From assembly GCA_963668315.1 (NCBI GenBank), contig OY764216.1, positions 3,008,001 to 3,072,000 on the forward strand: DNA of 64,000 nucleotides. The letters run 5' to 3'. Source of the DNA: Spirochaetia bacterium. Lineage in GTDB: Bacteria; Spirochaetota; Spirochaetia; DSM-2461. A program made the translations under genes and the position numbers. Below are positions 1 through 9,386 of this stretch, one piece after another. The notes under the pieces were generated by a model. That model was not told the origin of the DNA. It was given only the letters and a program-made list of their open reading frames with translations, and did not search any database. Numbering within the stretch: position 1 is the stretch's first letter; every line of letters begins with the position of its first letter.

Positions 1-720
1 GAACAGGATTTTCTCCCCGAAGGACTCCAGCTGCGGGAGTGCCGGGTCGACGATAATCTGCTTACCCTGACTGTCGCCGCGGAAAAATCCGGCGCCTATG
101 CCATCCCCCCCCTGAATGTTCTGTTTGACAACGGCAGCGGCGGGGTGGAACTGCTCACCCGTCCCGTGGAATTCGAAGTGGTTTCCCTGGCCGGAGAGGG
201 TCAGGAGGAGATGGCCGATATAACCCCGGCTCTTTCTATCGGATTTCTGACACGGGGACAGATCGCCCTTGCCGCGGGACTGATTATCCTGATGGGCCTG
301 TTTCTGTTCTGGCTTCTCTACTGGCGCAGGAGGGTGAAAGTTATCCCCCCCGAACCAGTCTGGACTATCCTGGAGAGAGAGATCGGCCTGTTGCAGAGTG
401 ACGCTTCCCTTCTTGAAGGGGAGGGGGACGAGTTCTATGACCGTTCCGTTTCTCTGGTGAAGAAAGCCCTGGACGGGGTTTACGGAGAAAAAACCGGGGA
501 GAGAACCCGGGAGGAGTTTATGGCAGATCTGCTCCATTCCTCCCGTTACGAGGGAGATCTCAAAGCCTGGTTTGTCGCCTTTTTTGAAAGGGCCGATATG
601 GTCCGATTCGCCAGAACGGGCTTTTCCCGCGATACGGCGCTGAGAGATCTGGACGAAGCAGTCCGCTTTGCGCACCGGGCCGCCGAACAGGCCCGAGGCG
701 AAGGGGAGGGGAAATCATGA
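1..720 (+). CDS. Bat-operon membrane protein (BatD-like Ig domain + TM + helical C-terminus), 5'-truncated
   Basis: Frame 1 is open from base 1 (EQDFLPEGLQL...SGAYAIPPLNV) into the tracked ORF 145..720; one TM segment followed by YWRRR; C-terminal ADMVRFAR motif typical of genes preceding batA; ATGA overlap with the next gene. Confidence 0.7.
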   Translation, partial: EQDFLPEGLQLRECRVDDNLLTLTVAAEKSGAYAIPPLNVLFDNGSGGVELLTRPVEFEVVSLAGEGQEEMADITPALSIGFLTRGQIALAAGLIILMGLFLFWLLYWRRRVKVIPPEPVWTILEREIGLLQSDASLLEGEGDEFYDRSVSLVKKALDGVYGEKTGERTREEFMADLLHSSRYEGDLKAWFVAFFERADMVRFARTGFSRDTALRDLDEAVRFAHRAAEQARGEGEGKS

Positions 721-1697
721 TTTTCCATTCACCCCAGGCCTTCCTTTTGCTTCTGCTGATTCCCCTCCTTGTCTATCTCAAACTGAAAAGTTCCGGAAGG
801 GGATATGCCTTTCCCTCCTTTGACATGCTGTCGGGAGAAAGAAAAACGTGGCGCGAAAGATTGGTTTACCTTCCCGAGGTTTTCCTGCTTCTCGCCCTGT
901 TTTTCTTCATCATAGCCCTGGCCCGTCCCCAGAGGGGATTTTCCGAAGAGAGGCAGGTCACGAACGGAATCGCCGTCGAAATGGTGGTTGACCGTTCGGG
1001 CAGTATGGGGGCCCAGGTGGATAACAGCCGGAACCGGCTGGACGTGGTCAAGGATATCTTCAAGGAGTTCGTGGGCGGCCGGCCCGACGATATGATCGGC
1101 CTGATCTCCTTCGCCCGTTATGCCGATACCCATGCTCCCCTGACTCTGGCCCACGATGTCCTGCCGAAATTCATCGATACCATTTCCCTTGTTACCGAGG
1201 AGTCGGAAGACGGGACGGCTATCGGTGACGCCCTGGCCCTCGGTGCGGCCCGGCTTCATACGGCGCGCGAGGAGGAGGGGTACGATATCAAGAGCCGCAT
1301 CATCATCCTGCTGACGGACGGAGTGAACAATACAGGGCGGAGGACGCCGGAGGAAGCGGCGGAACTGGCCGCCGGATGGGGCATCAAGGTGTATACCATC
1401 GGATTCAGCCAGCCCACCGTGATCGGTCAGCTGCTGGGAACGGGGCGGTTTAATGTGGATGAGGCGTCCTTGAAGAATATCGCTGAGAAGACGGGGGGGC
1501 AATACTTCCGCGCCGGCGATGAAAAAAGTCTGGGAGACGTTATCGGCGAGATAGACAAACTGGAAAAATCAGAAGTGGAAGCCTATTCCTACCGGCAGTA
1601 TCGGGAAGTTTTTCTTCCTTTTGCTCTGACCGGTCTGATCTTTCTCATTCTTTACGGCGTTCTTTCCGCCACACTGTTCAGGAGACTGGAAGTATGA
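717..1697 (+). CDS. batA: BatA-like vWA domain protein
   Basis: N-terminal FHSPQAFLLL TM, ALARPQ, MIDAS DRSGSM, GTAIGDAL, IIILLTDGVNN, C-terminal TM. Confidence 0.9.
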   Translation: MIFHSPQAFLLLLLIPLLVYLKLKSSGRGYAFPSFDMLSGERKTWRERLVYLPEVFLLLALFFFIIALARPQRGFSEERQVTNGIAVEMVVDRSGSMGAQVDNSRNRLDVVKDIFKEFVGGRPDDMIGLISFARYADTHAPLTLAHDVLPKFIDTISLVTEESEDGTAIGDALALGAARLHTAREEEGYDIKSRIIILLTDGVNNTGRRTPEEAAELAAGWGIKVYTIGFSQPTVIGQLLGTGRFNVDEASLKNIAEKTGGQYFRAGDEKSLGDVIGEIDKLEKSEVEAYSYRQYREVFLPFALTGLIFLILYGVLSATLFRRLEV

Positions 1698-3541
1698 TTT
1701 TTTTAAAAAACCAGTCCCTCATGCCCCTTATCTGGCTGCTTTTGGGACTTATCCCCCTTCTGGTGGGAGAATATTATCTGCGACGGAGACAGGAGCGGCA
1801 GTTCCTGGAGGGCCGATCGGACAATGTACTTCTGAGAAGGGACCAGATCAAGCGTTCCCTCTATCTTTTTCTGGCCTGTCTTTTCGCTCTGGCCGCCATA
1901 CTCAGGCCTTCCTGGAATCCCACTGTGAGAATTGTGGAGAGTAAAGGGCGCGATGTCGTATTCCTTCTGGATGTGAGCCGGAGCATGACGGCTTCGGATG
2001 TGGCTCCTTCCCGTCTGGAGAGGGCCAAGCTGGAGATTTCCGAGACGGCTCAGGCCATCGAGGGCGACCGGGTGGCTCTGGTGGCCTTTGCCGGAAACAG
2101 CGTGGTGAAATGTCCCCTCACAACGGATTACGGATTTTTCTCCCTAGCTTTGGAGGATATCTCCGTTAACAGCGTTTCCCGGGGCGGTTCGCAGCTGGGC
2201 GATGCCCTGCGCATGGTGGACAGTCAGGTTTTTGACGACCAGACCAGGGAAGAGAGGGATATTATCCTTATCACCGACGGGGAAGATCAGGAATCCTTTC
2301 CCGTGGAAGCGGCCCGAAGTCTGGGAGAGCAGGGCATCAGGCTGATTATTATCGGCCTGGGTGATGATGTCCAGGGTGCCCGTGTTGTTGACGGGGAAGG
2401 GCAGTACCTGACCTATGAGGGACAGGAAGTCTGGTCCCGCATGGACGGGGAAATCCTCAGGCAGATGGCCGCCGCCACGCCGGGGGGGACCTATGTTCCG
2501 GCGGGAGTGGCGAACTTTTCCCTTCCCCGCATCTACCGCAGCCTGGTCGGGAACAGCGCCAAAGAGAGTACCGGAGAGGAAGAGAGCCTCGTTTATGAGG
2601 AAAAGTATCAGTTTTTTCTGGCCCTGGCCGTTATTTTCCTCCTTTTGGAGGCTCTGCGAATTATCGGTCCTGTGGATTGGCGCAGGGACATTTTCGGTAA
2701 ACTGGCCCGGAAGAGTACGGCCCTTTCTCCTTCTCTCCTGTTTTTTATTCCCCTCCTGGGTTTGATGTTCTCCTTTCCTCTTCACGGAGAGGGACGGGCC
2801 GATCTTTTCAGCCGGGGGGAAGAGGCATTCAGTACGGGAGACTGGGACTCCTTCAACAGTGTCTATGACAAATTGAAGGAGAAGGGGGCTTCGGAAGGGA
2901 AAATCGCCTATAATCAGGGGCGGTCTCTCTACCGGCAGGGCGATTACACCGGGGCGGCCGGTGCCTTCGGGGACGCCGCCTCCCGGCTTGACAGGAAAAA
3001 GGCTTCCCGGGCCTTGTTCAACCGGGGAAATGCCCTGATGAAAGGAGCCGAAGCCGATCCTTCCGGGGCGGCGCAGATGACATCCCAGGCCCGTGAGGCC
3101 TATGAGCGGGCCCTGGAACTGGATCCGGGATTCGAGGATGCCGCCCGGAATCTGGAGCTGCTTCTGAAAAACCAGGAGAACAACCCCCCGAATCAGCAGG
3201 GTGATTCGGATCAATCCGATGGCAAGGGAAATGATCAGAGCGGTGACGGTCAGCAGGGGGATCAGGGCAATCCGCAGGATCAGAGTGCTTCACAGAATCC
3301 CTCCGGTTCCCAGGACCCGCAGAATGCTTCTTCCTCCCGTGATAACGGGAATAGCAGTGACGATCAGACTCAGGGAAGCCCATCCCCCGATCAGCAGGCC
3401 GGCGGGGACAAGGGGGGCGGACAGGACTCCGAGGACGATCTGGCCCAGCAGATTCTTGATCAGGAGCAGGAGGACAGGGATGACCGCGATTCTACCCTCA
3501 CCGTATCGGGAGGGATATATGATGTTGATAAGGACTGGTAA
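1694..3541 (+). CDS. BatB-BatC fusion: vWA domain + TPR + Q/D/S/N-rich linker
   Basis: LLDVSRSM MIDAS, ILITDGED, then TPR (YNQGRSLY, ALFNRGNAL, AARNLELL), low-complexity tract and terminal DKDW typical of BatC. Confidence 0.85.
   Translation: MIFLKNQSLMPLIWLLLGLIPLLVGEYYLRRRQERQFLEGRSDNVLLRRDQIKRSLYLFLACLFALAAILRPSWNPTVRIVESKGRDVVFLLDVSRSMTASDVAPSRLERAKLEISETAQAIEGDRVALVAFAGNSVVKCPLTTDYGFFSLALEDISVNSVSRGGSQLGDALRMVDSQVFDDQTREERDIILITDGEDQESFPVEAARSLGEQGIRLIIIGLGDDVQGARVVDGEGQYLTYEGQEVWSRMDGEILRQMAAATPGGTYVPAGVANFSLPRIYRSLVGNSAKESTGEEESLVYEEKYQFFLALAVIFLLLEALRIIGPVDWRRDIFGKLARKSTALSPSLLFFIPLLGLMFSFPLHGEGRADLFSRGEEAFSTGDWDSFNSVYDKLKEKGASEGKIAYNQGRSLYRQGDYTGAAGAFGDAASRLDRKKASRALFNRGNALMKGAEADPSGAAQMTSQAREAYERALELDPGFEDAARNLELLLKNQENNPPNQQGDSDQSDGKGNDQSGDGQQGDQGNPQDQSASQNPSGSQDPQNASSSRDNGNSSDDQTQGSPSPDQQAGGDKGGGQDSEDDLAQQILDQEQEDRDDRDSTLTVSGGIYDVDKDW
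3175..3490 (+). repeat. Low-complexity Q/D/S/G/N-coding tract in the BatB/C fusion
   Basis: Imperfectly repeated gatcag/cagg motifs encoding QENNPPNQQGDSDQSD...DQEQEDRDD. Confidence 0.6.
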
Positions 3542-5281
3542 ATGAGACGTTTTCATAAAAAAGCATATCTGCCTGCTCTCCTGTGGGTTGTACTGACCTT
3601 TCTCCTCTCGGCGCAGGACGTCAGAGTATCCATCAGCAGCAAGGAAGGATATGTCGGTCTTCCCCTTGATTATACTATTACCATCACCGACACGAAAAAA
3701 GCCGATGTCCCCCAGCTTGAGGGGTTTGACGGATTTGACATCGAATTCAAGGGACAGACCCAGTCCACCCAGGCCTTCAACTTTAACGGACAGAGATCCA
3801 CCTCGATAACGGTGATGTTCAGCTGGGAACTGACGCCCCTGAGGGAAGGGACGCTGACGATACCCTCCATTCCGGTAAAACTGGAAAATCAGGTCTATCA
3901 AACCCCGGAGGGGCAAATTTCCGTTGTCCCTCCCCGGGAAGTGGAGGGGTACCGCCTGGTCCTAGAGGCGGAACAGGAGAAGGTCATCGTGGGACAGCCG
4001 GTAACGGTGAACATGGACTTTTACGTCTCTTCGGAAGTGGGAAATCTGAAATTTACCCTGCCCGGTGGGAAGCAGGGGAGCAGGGAGGGTGTGGATTTTA
4101 CCATACTGGACAGTGAAATCCCCGATCAGAACTCCCACAATATCAGACAGATTCCCGTGGGAGACCGGGTCTTCTACGGCTATGTAGGCTCCCGTATGGA
4201 AGGAGGATCCCAGTATACCGTCCTGACCGTTCCTCTGGAGATAGTCCCCCTTCGCTCGGGAGAAATCGTCCTGGATAACGCCGCTGTCGCCTTCACCTCC
4301 CAGAGAGGCTCCTGGCCCCGCACCGTTTCGGAAGATCATGTCATCCCCTCCCGGGAGTGCAGACTGGCCGTGGGGAAACTGCCGGCCGAGATTGAAAACA
4401 GCGCCAACGGCATACTTCTGTCCCGGGGTGAGCTGAAGGCGGATGTAACCTTATCATCGCAGGAAGCCCGGCCGGGTGATCCTCTCACCCTCCGGATTGT
4501 TCTTTCTCCCCTTGATCATCCTGAGCTGTGTGAAATTCCCCCCCTGGCGGAGTTTACCGGTATAGAGAGTCATTTTTCCCTGCCCAAGGACAGGAGCCGG
4601 CCGAAGGCCGAGGGGGACAGTCTGATTATAACCCAGACAGTCAGGCCCGTCAGCGTGGCGGTAAGGGAGATCCCCTCCCTGGATTTTGTCTATTATGATC
4701 TGGATGAGGAAAGGGTAAAGCATCTTCAGACCGAGCCTATCCCCCTGGTCATGAGTTCCGCCGGAGACCTGTCCATGACCGATGTGGAGAGCTTTCAGAA
4801 CTCCTCGGGCGGTGCAGCGGAACTGAGGGAGAATGACAGGGGAATACGGCAGAACAAATCCCTGGACAGGCTGTCCGCCGGAGACAGGCGGGGAACCTCA
4901 TTCATGGCATCCGTACCCTATCGTCTTACGTTCTTTATCCCTCCCTTCCTTTTTTGTCTCTATCTTATGATTCTGCTTGCCCTTCATATTTTCACAAGGA
5001 GTCGGGAGAAGGCAAACAGCAACTCCCTGAGGCAACTGAAAAAATCCCTGGCCGCGGGAGAGGATTCCCTTATCGCCTATGAACGCTATATCAGACATCG
5101 CCTTTTCGGAGGCAGATCTTTCAAAAGGGGCGAACTGAAGGAGAAAGCGGAGGCCCTGGTACTGGAGAATCTGGAAGATGTCTATCTCCGCCTTGAGCAG
5201 GGCCGTTTCGGAGGGGGGACCGATACCGTGGGACATGAAGAGATTATCGATACCGCAGAGAGACTGGAGAAGAAATTATGA
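3542..5281 (+). CDS. batD: BatD family protein
   Basis: Signal peptide, three Ig-like BatD repeats (LTPLREGTLTIPSIPV; IVPLRSGEIVL; REIPSLDFVYYD), C-terminal TM. Confidence 0.85.
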   Translation: MRRFHKKAYLPALLWVVLTFLLSAQDVRVSISSKEGYVGLPLDYTITITDTKKADVPQLEGFDGFDIEFKGQTQSTQAFNFNGQRSTSITVMFSWELTPLREGTLTIPSIPVKLENQVYQTPEGQISVVPPREVEGYRLVLEAEQEKVIVGQPVTVNMDFYVSSEVGNLKFTLPGGKQGSREGVDFTILDSEIPDQNSHNIRQIPVGDRVFYGYVGSRMEGGSQYTVLTVPLEIVPLRSGEIVLDNAAVAFTSQRGSWPRTVSEDHVIPSRECRLAVGKLPAEIENSANGILLSRGELKADVTLSSQEARPGDPLTLRIVLSPLDHPELCEIPPLAEFTGIESHFSLPKDRSRPKAEGDSLIITQTVRPVSVAVREIPSLDFVYYDLDEERVKHLQTEPIPLVMSSAGDLSMTDVESFQNSSGGAAELRENDRGIRQNKSLDRLSAGDRRGTSFMASVPYRLTFFIPPFLFCLYLMILLALHIFTRSREKANSNSLRQLKKSLAAGEDSLIAYERYIRHRLFGGRSFKRGELKEKAEALVLENLEDVYLRLEQGRFGGGTDTVGHEEIIDTAERLEKKL

Positions 5282-6042
5282 GAAAGATCGGCATCCTGCT
5301 TTTTTTCGCCGCCCGGTTTGTCCTCTTTTCGCAAACAGCCCAGGACCAGCTTCTGGCCGATGCGGATCAGGCATTCCGGGATAAAAAATACGTAGAGTCT
5401 GCCCTCCTATATCAGGAGGCGGCCGAAAGGGGAGCGGTGAATGGTGAACTTTATTACAACCAGGGGAACAGCTGGTTCATGGCGGGGGAGATACATAAGG
5501 CTCATCTCTCCTATCTGAAAGCGGAGTATCTCAAACCGGGAGACGGCGATATAAAACGGAATCTGAGCTTCATAAGAGCCCTGGGCGGAGAGGAGAAGGG
5601 GAGCAGCAGCAAGGGGGAGCTCCTCAGAGTCCTTTTTTTCTGGCATTACGACCTTTCCCTGCGTCTCAGAGCCCTGATGCTTCTTGTGGTAAACATCCTT
5701 TTCTGGCTCCTGCTGGCCTCTCTTGTCATTGTGAAAAGAAGGGGAAGGACCTTTCCTCTGTGGCCTGCCGTGGTGGCAGGACTGTTTTTATGTGCCTTGC
5801 TGATCTCCATCACGGTGAGCCGTCATAATCTGAATCACCACCCTGCCGGTGTTATCCTCGCGGAAACCGTGGCGAGAAAGGGTGACGGAGAATCCTTTGA
5901 AGAAGCATTCAACAGGCCCCTCGAAGGGGGAACGGAGTTCCGTTTGGAGGAAGACCGTTCCGGTTGGTACCGCATAGAGCTGGCAGACGGTTCGGAAGGG
6001 TGGATCGAAGAGGGCGATGCCGCCCTCGTCAGTTTTCCCTGA
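5278..6042 (+). CDS. batE: BatE-like TPR + SH3 protein
   Basis: YYNQGNSWF...YLKAEYLKPGDGDIKRNL TPR, two TMs, C-terminal SH3b (GWYRIELADGSEGWI). Confidence 0.85.
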   Translation: MRKIGILLFFAARFVLFSQTAQDQLLADADQAFRDKKYVESALLYQEAAERGAVNGELYYNQGNSWFMAGEIHKAHLSYLKAEYLKPGDGDIKRNLSFIRALGGEEKGSSSKGELLRVLFFWHYDLSLRLRALMLLVVNILFWLLLASLVIVKRRGRTFPLWPAVVAGLFLCALLISITVSRHNLNHHPAGVILAETVARKGDGESFEEAFNRPLEGGTEFRLEEDRSGWYRIELADGSEGWIEEGDAALVSFP

Positions 6043-7690
6043 CAGCGTCTTCCAGGAGGGCTCTCGTCAGTATCTCCGGCAGAACCACCGGTTCCCCGCC
6101 GGGGGGATAGTAAACGTAGAGAGGTACACCGGCCCGATGGAATTTCTGCAGCCACTCATTAATGACCGGATCGGGCAGGGTGAAATCCCCCTTCATATAC
6201 ACAATTCCCTTCTCTTCAAAAAGGGTTCTGCGAAAGTCTCTGTCAAGAACCGCCAGATGATTAGAACGGCAGGTGGCGCACCAGTCGGCGGAAAACTCCA
6301 GAAACAGAGGTTCTCCCTTCATGCGTAACTCTTCCACCCTATCCGGCGAAAACTCAATCCAGTCTCCGCCGGATGAATAACCGGTGCTCCCGATCTCCCC
6401 GGGATCGAGATTGACAAAAAGAAGGAATCCCGCCACGGCGGACAGAAGGGCCGCTCCATAAAGAAGAAACCGGGACCTCTTTCCCCTGCGCTGTCCCAGG
6501 CCGAAGAGCCAGGCGGACAGGGCCAGTATAAGGAAGAACCAGAGAATTCCGGAAAAGTTTCCTCCCAGCTGTCTCTGAAGAACCGACAGAAGATAAACCG
6601 AAGTTCCCGCCAGAAGAAATCCCATGACCTCCCTGAAACGGTTCATCCATTCCCCCGGTCTGGGCAGTTTGTTTACAAGGCCCGGATTAAGCCCCAGGAG
6701 AATAAAGGGAAGGGCAAGGCCCAGCCCTATAAGTATAAAGAAAACCAGGATAAGCCATCCGGGCTGCATAAAGGCGAAGCCCAGGGCGGAACCGAGAAGG
6801 GGCGCCGTACAGGGAGTCGCCAGTAGAACGGCCATGACTCCTGTGAAAAAGGACCCGCCGTATCCTCCCTGGCTTCCCGCGGCAGCCTGGCCGGCTTTCT
6901 GCGGCGGATTGATGAAATAAACCTCAAACAGGCTCAGGGAAAAGAGAAAGACCAGAGATGCCAGTATGAGGACGAAAAGGGGATTTTGAAATTGAAACCC
7001 CCAACCCAGTGCCGTACCCGAGGCTTTTATTGTTATCACGATGACGGCCAGGGCGGCCATGGACGCCAGAATCCCTCCGGCGTAGGAAAGACTGTTCAAC
7101 AGGATTTTCCTGCGGCTGTCTCCGCTCTGTCCCACAAGATGGAGGGCTTTCAGGGATAGGACGGGAAGAACGCAGGGCATGATATTCAATATGATTCCGC
7201 CCAGAAAAGCAAAAAGAAGGAAAAGCCACAGAGAGCCGAACGATTCATTATCAGCCAGAAGGGAATTCTCTGATCTGACGGAGTCCAGTTCCACCGTAAC
7301 CGGCCGGAAGCAGGTTCCTGTTTCATCGCAGAGCTGGTAAGACGCTTTGAGGGAAATACTCTCGGGTAGGTTCCCTCTCGAAGGGGACGATAGGGACGCC
7401 TGAAGAACGACCGTCCTCTCATAACCGTCAAAATCCCCATATGAACGGGCGGGAGGATACTGAATCTCGCCCAGAGAAAAGGGGAATTCCCCGTTGAGTG
7501 AAAAGGTGAAGAATGTTCTGTTATCTATCTGATGCAATCCCTCGGGAATCTCATAGCTGACAAGGATGGTTCCCTTTCCCTTATTATTCATATAAAAGGA
7601 GGAGGATACTTTTGCCTCCTGCGAGATAAGGGAAAGGGGAGAAAGGAGGGTTGCCAAAATGATAGATAGAAGCGCTTTTTTATATCTCAT
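6029..7690 (-). CDS. dsbD: Protein-disulfide reductase DsbD family
   Basis: N-domain QLCDETGTC, TM domain LNIMPCVLPVL and LATPCTAP, C-terminal thioredoxin ADWCATC. Confidence 0.92.
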   Translation of the reverse strand: MRYKKALLSIILATLLSPLSLISQEAKVSSSFYMNNKGKGTILVSYEIPEGLHQIDNRTFFTFSLNGEFPFSLGEIQYPPARSYGDFDGYERTVVLQASLSSPSRGNLPESISLKASYQLCDETGTCFRPVTVELDSVRSENSLLADNESFGSLWLFLLFAFLGGIILNIMPCVLPVLSLKALHLVGQSGDSRRKILLNSLSYAGGILASMAALAVIVITIKASGTALGWGFQFQNPLFVLILASLVFLFSLSLFEVYFINPPQKAGQAAAGSQGGYGGSFFTGVMAVLLATPCTAPLLGSALGFAFMQPGWLILVFFILIGLGLALPFILLGLNPGLVNKLPRPGEWMNRFREVMGFLLAGTSVYLLSVLQRQLGGNFSGILWFFLILALSAWLFGLGQRRGKRSRFLLYGAALLSAVAGFLLFVNLDPGEIGSTGYSSGGDWIEFSPDRVEELRMKGEPLFLEFSADWCATCRSNHLAVLDRDFRRTLFEEKGIVYMKGDFTLPDPVINEWLQKFHRAGVPLYVYYPPGGEPVVLPEILTRALLEDAVREN

Positions 7691-7696
7691 AAATTG

Positions 7697-7725
7697 AATA
7701 TAGCGTGAAAAAATATTTTTTTCAA
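7697..7725 (-). promoter_or_regulatory. Sigma70-type promoter of dsbD (leaderless geometry)
   Basis: TTGAAA-N17-TATATT, 6 nt before the ATG at 7690; no Shine-Dalgarno. Confidence 0.6.
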
Positions 7726-7743
7726 GATTTATTTTAAGACCTA

Positions 7744-7772
7744 TTGACGAAAAATATCCCCTGTGTTATATT
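7744..7772 (+). promoter_or_regulatory. Sigma70 promoter of tRNA-Val
   Basis: TTGACG-N17-TATATT with extended TG, 18 nt upstream of the tRNA. Confidence 0.75.
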
Positions 7773-7790
7773 GCCATCAGCAATTAACAA

Positions 7791-7863
7791 GGGCGATTAG
7801 CTCAGTTGGGAGAGCGTCTGGTTTACACCCAGGATGTCGGCGGTTCGAGCCCGTCATCGCCCA
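7791..7863 (+). tRNA. tRNA-Val(TAC)
   Basis: Cloverleaf GGGCGAT/ATCGCCC, D-arm GCTC/GAGC, anticodon loop TTTACAC, T-loop TTCGAGC; CCA not encoded. Confidence 0.96.
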
Positions 7864-7905
7864 TACTTAATCCTTTTAATTGCAAAGGATTAGATTCAAT
7901 ATATG

Positions 7906-7938
7906 AAGACCGGTTTTCCTATGATTACCGGTCTTTTT
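7906..7938 (+). terminator. Rho-independent terminator after tRNA-Val
   Basis: AAGACCGGT...ACCGGTCTT followed by T-run. Confidence 0.6.
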
Positions 7939-8060
7939 ATTTATAATTATCCCCTCTCTGTCATCAGCTGTTTATTCCTCTCCTCAGATTTTTTATTTTT
8001 TTGGGGAATAAAAATGAAATCCCGTGTTTTATATCGTATAGTAGATAGATAGAGGCTCAT

Positions 8061-9383
8061 ATGAAATTCGTTAAAGATATGAATCCTTTTACCCTCTCAT
8101 TCAGGGGAAGTCGTGCTTCCCTCGAGAAGGAATATCTTAACGATACCATTGTCAAATCACTCAAAAGAATCAGGGTCGTCATAATTCTCACCACCTTTCT
8201 CTACGGCTTCTTCGGTCTGCTCGACGGCTTTATGGTTCAGAATGCCTTAGGAGTTGTCTGGATCATCCGTTATGCCGTTGTCATCCCCTGCGCCATTCTG
8301 ATGTATCTTCTGTCCTATGGTAAGAATTTTACCCACCATTCCCAGCTCCTGCTGTTTCTCATTTCATACCTGGGTGCCGTCGGCATTATTCTGATGATCA
8401 TTGCGGCTGGTCAGTCTCCCGCATCCTCTTCCTATTATGTCGGACTGATTCTGATAATCATCACCCTCACCTTCGGGTTTCAGCTGCTGTTCCCCTGGGC
8501 TTTTTTCTGTACATTCATGATCGTCCTGACCTATGAGTTCGGCATTCTGGTCTATGGGACACTATCCCCCCAGATGCAATTAAATAATCAGTTTTTCTTC
8601 CTATCATCCGTACTCGTCTGTCTGGCCGCCGGTTATCTGAACGAGATCAATCAGCGTCAGCGCTATCTTTTCAGTCATCTTCTGGATCAGGAAAAAATAA
8701 AAAGTAAAGAACAGAAGAAGAAAATGGAAATTCTGGGCTCCCTTTCCGGTGGGATCGTCCATGATTTAAACAATATGCTTACTTCCCTTCAGGGGTACAG
8801 CGAATTGTCTCTCCATGAAACGGAAAAAGATTCCCCCGCCTACTCCTACCAGGAAGAGATTTTCCGGGTGACCAACAGAGCGCAGACTATGACGAGGGAG
8901 ATATTATCCTTCTTAAGAGATGAGTCCGTTGTTCTGAAACCTGTCAATCTACGGGACGTTTTCAGCAATGTCGAGAAATATGTCACCCCCCTCCTCAAAC
9001 CTTCCATCGATTTTTCCTTTACCATTGAAACGGAGAATAAACTCTGGTCCGATGATAATCAGCTTCACCGCATACTCATGAATCTTTGCACCAATTCTCT
9101 CCAGGCCATGGAGGAGAGGGGCGGCCGATTGATTCTCGTGGGGGAAGAAACGGCATCGGGGGAGATACGAATAGGGGTCAATGATACGGGTACGGGGATT
9201 CTGGACAGCGACAGGGAGCGGATCTTTGAGCCCTGCTATACGACAAAGGGGCATGACTCGGGAACAGGTCTGGGGCTTTATGTGGTAAGGGAGCTGGTAG
9301 AGAGTCTGAAAGGGAGACTGGAAATGCGGAGTGAATCGGGAAGGGGGACGGAATTTTCCCTTTTCTTCCCCGCGGCAAGATAA
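8061..9383 (+). CDS. Membrane-bound sensor histidine kinase (about 6 TM + HisKA + HATPase_c)
   Basis: GGIVHDLNN H-box, LMNLCTNS N-box, DTGTGI, YTTKG, GTGLGL. Confidence 0.9.
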   Translation: MKFVKDMNPFTLSFRGSRASLEKEYLNDTIVKSLKRIRVVIILTTFLYGFFGLLDGFMVQNALGVVWIIRYAVVIPCAILMYLLSYGKNFTHHSQLLLFLISYLGAVGIILMIIAAGQSPASSSYYVGLILIIITLTFGFQLLFPWAFFCTFMIVLTYEFGILVYGTLSPQMQLNNQFFFLSSVLVCLAAGYLNEINQRQRYLFSHLLDQEKIKSKEQKKKMEILGSLSGGIVHDLNNMLTSLQGYSELSLHETEKDSPAYSYQEEIFRVTNRAQTMTREILSFLRDESVVLKPVNLRDVFSNVEKYVTPLLKPSIDFSFTIETENKLWSDDNQLHRILMNLCTNSLQAMEERGGRLILVGEETASGEIRIGVNDTGTGILDSDRERIFEPCYTTKGHDSGTGLGLYVVRELVESLKGRLEMRSESGRGTEFSLFFPAAR

Positions 9384-9386
9384 TGA

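Noticed and set aside
729..3214. Long antisense ORFs 729..1502 and 2144..3214
   Set aside because: They mirror batA and batB/C on the opposite strand and show no motifs; explained by codon bias
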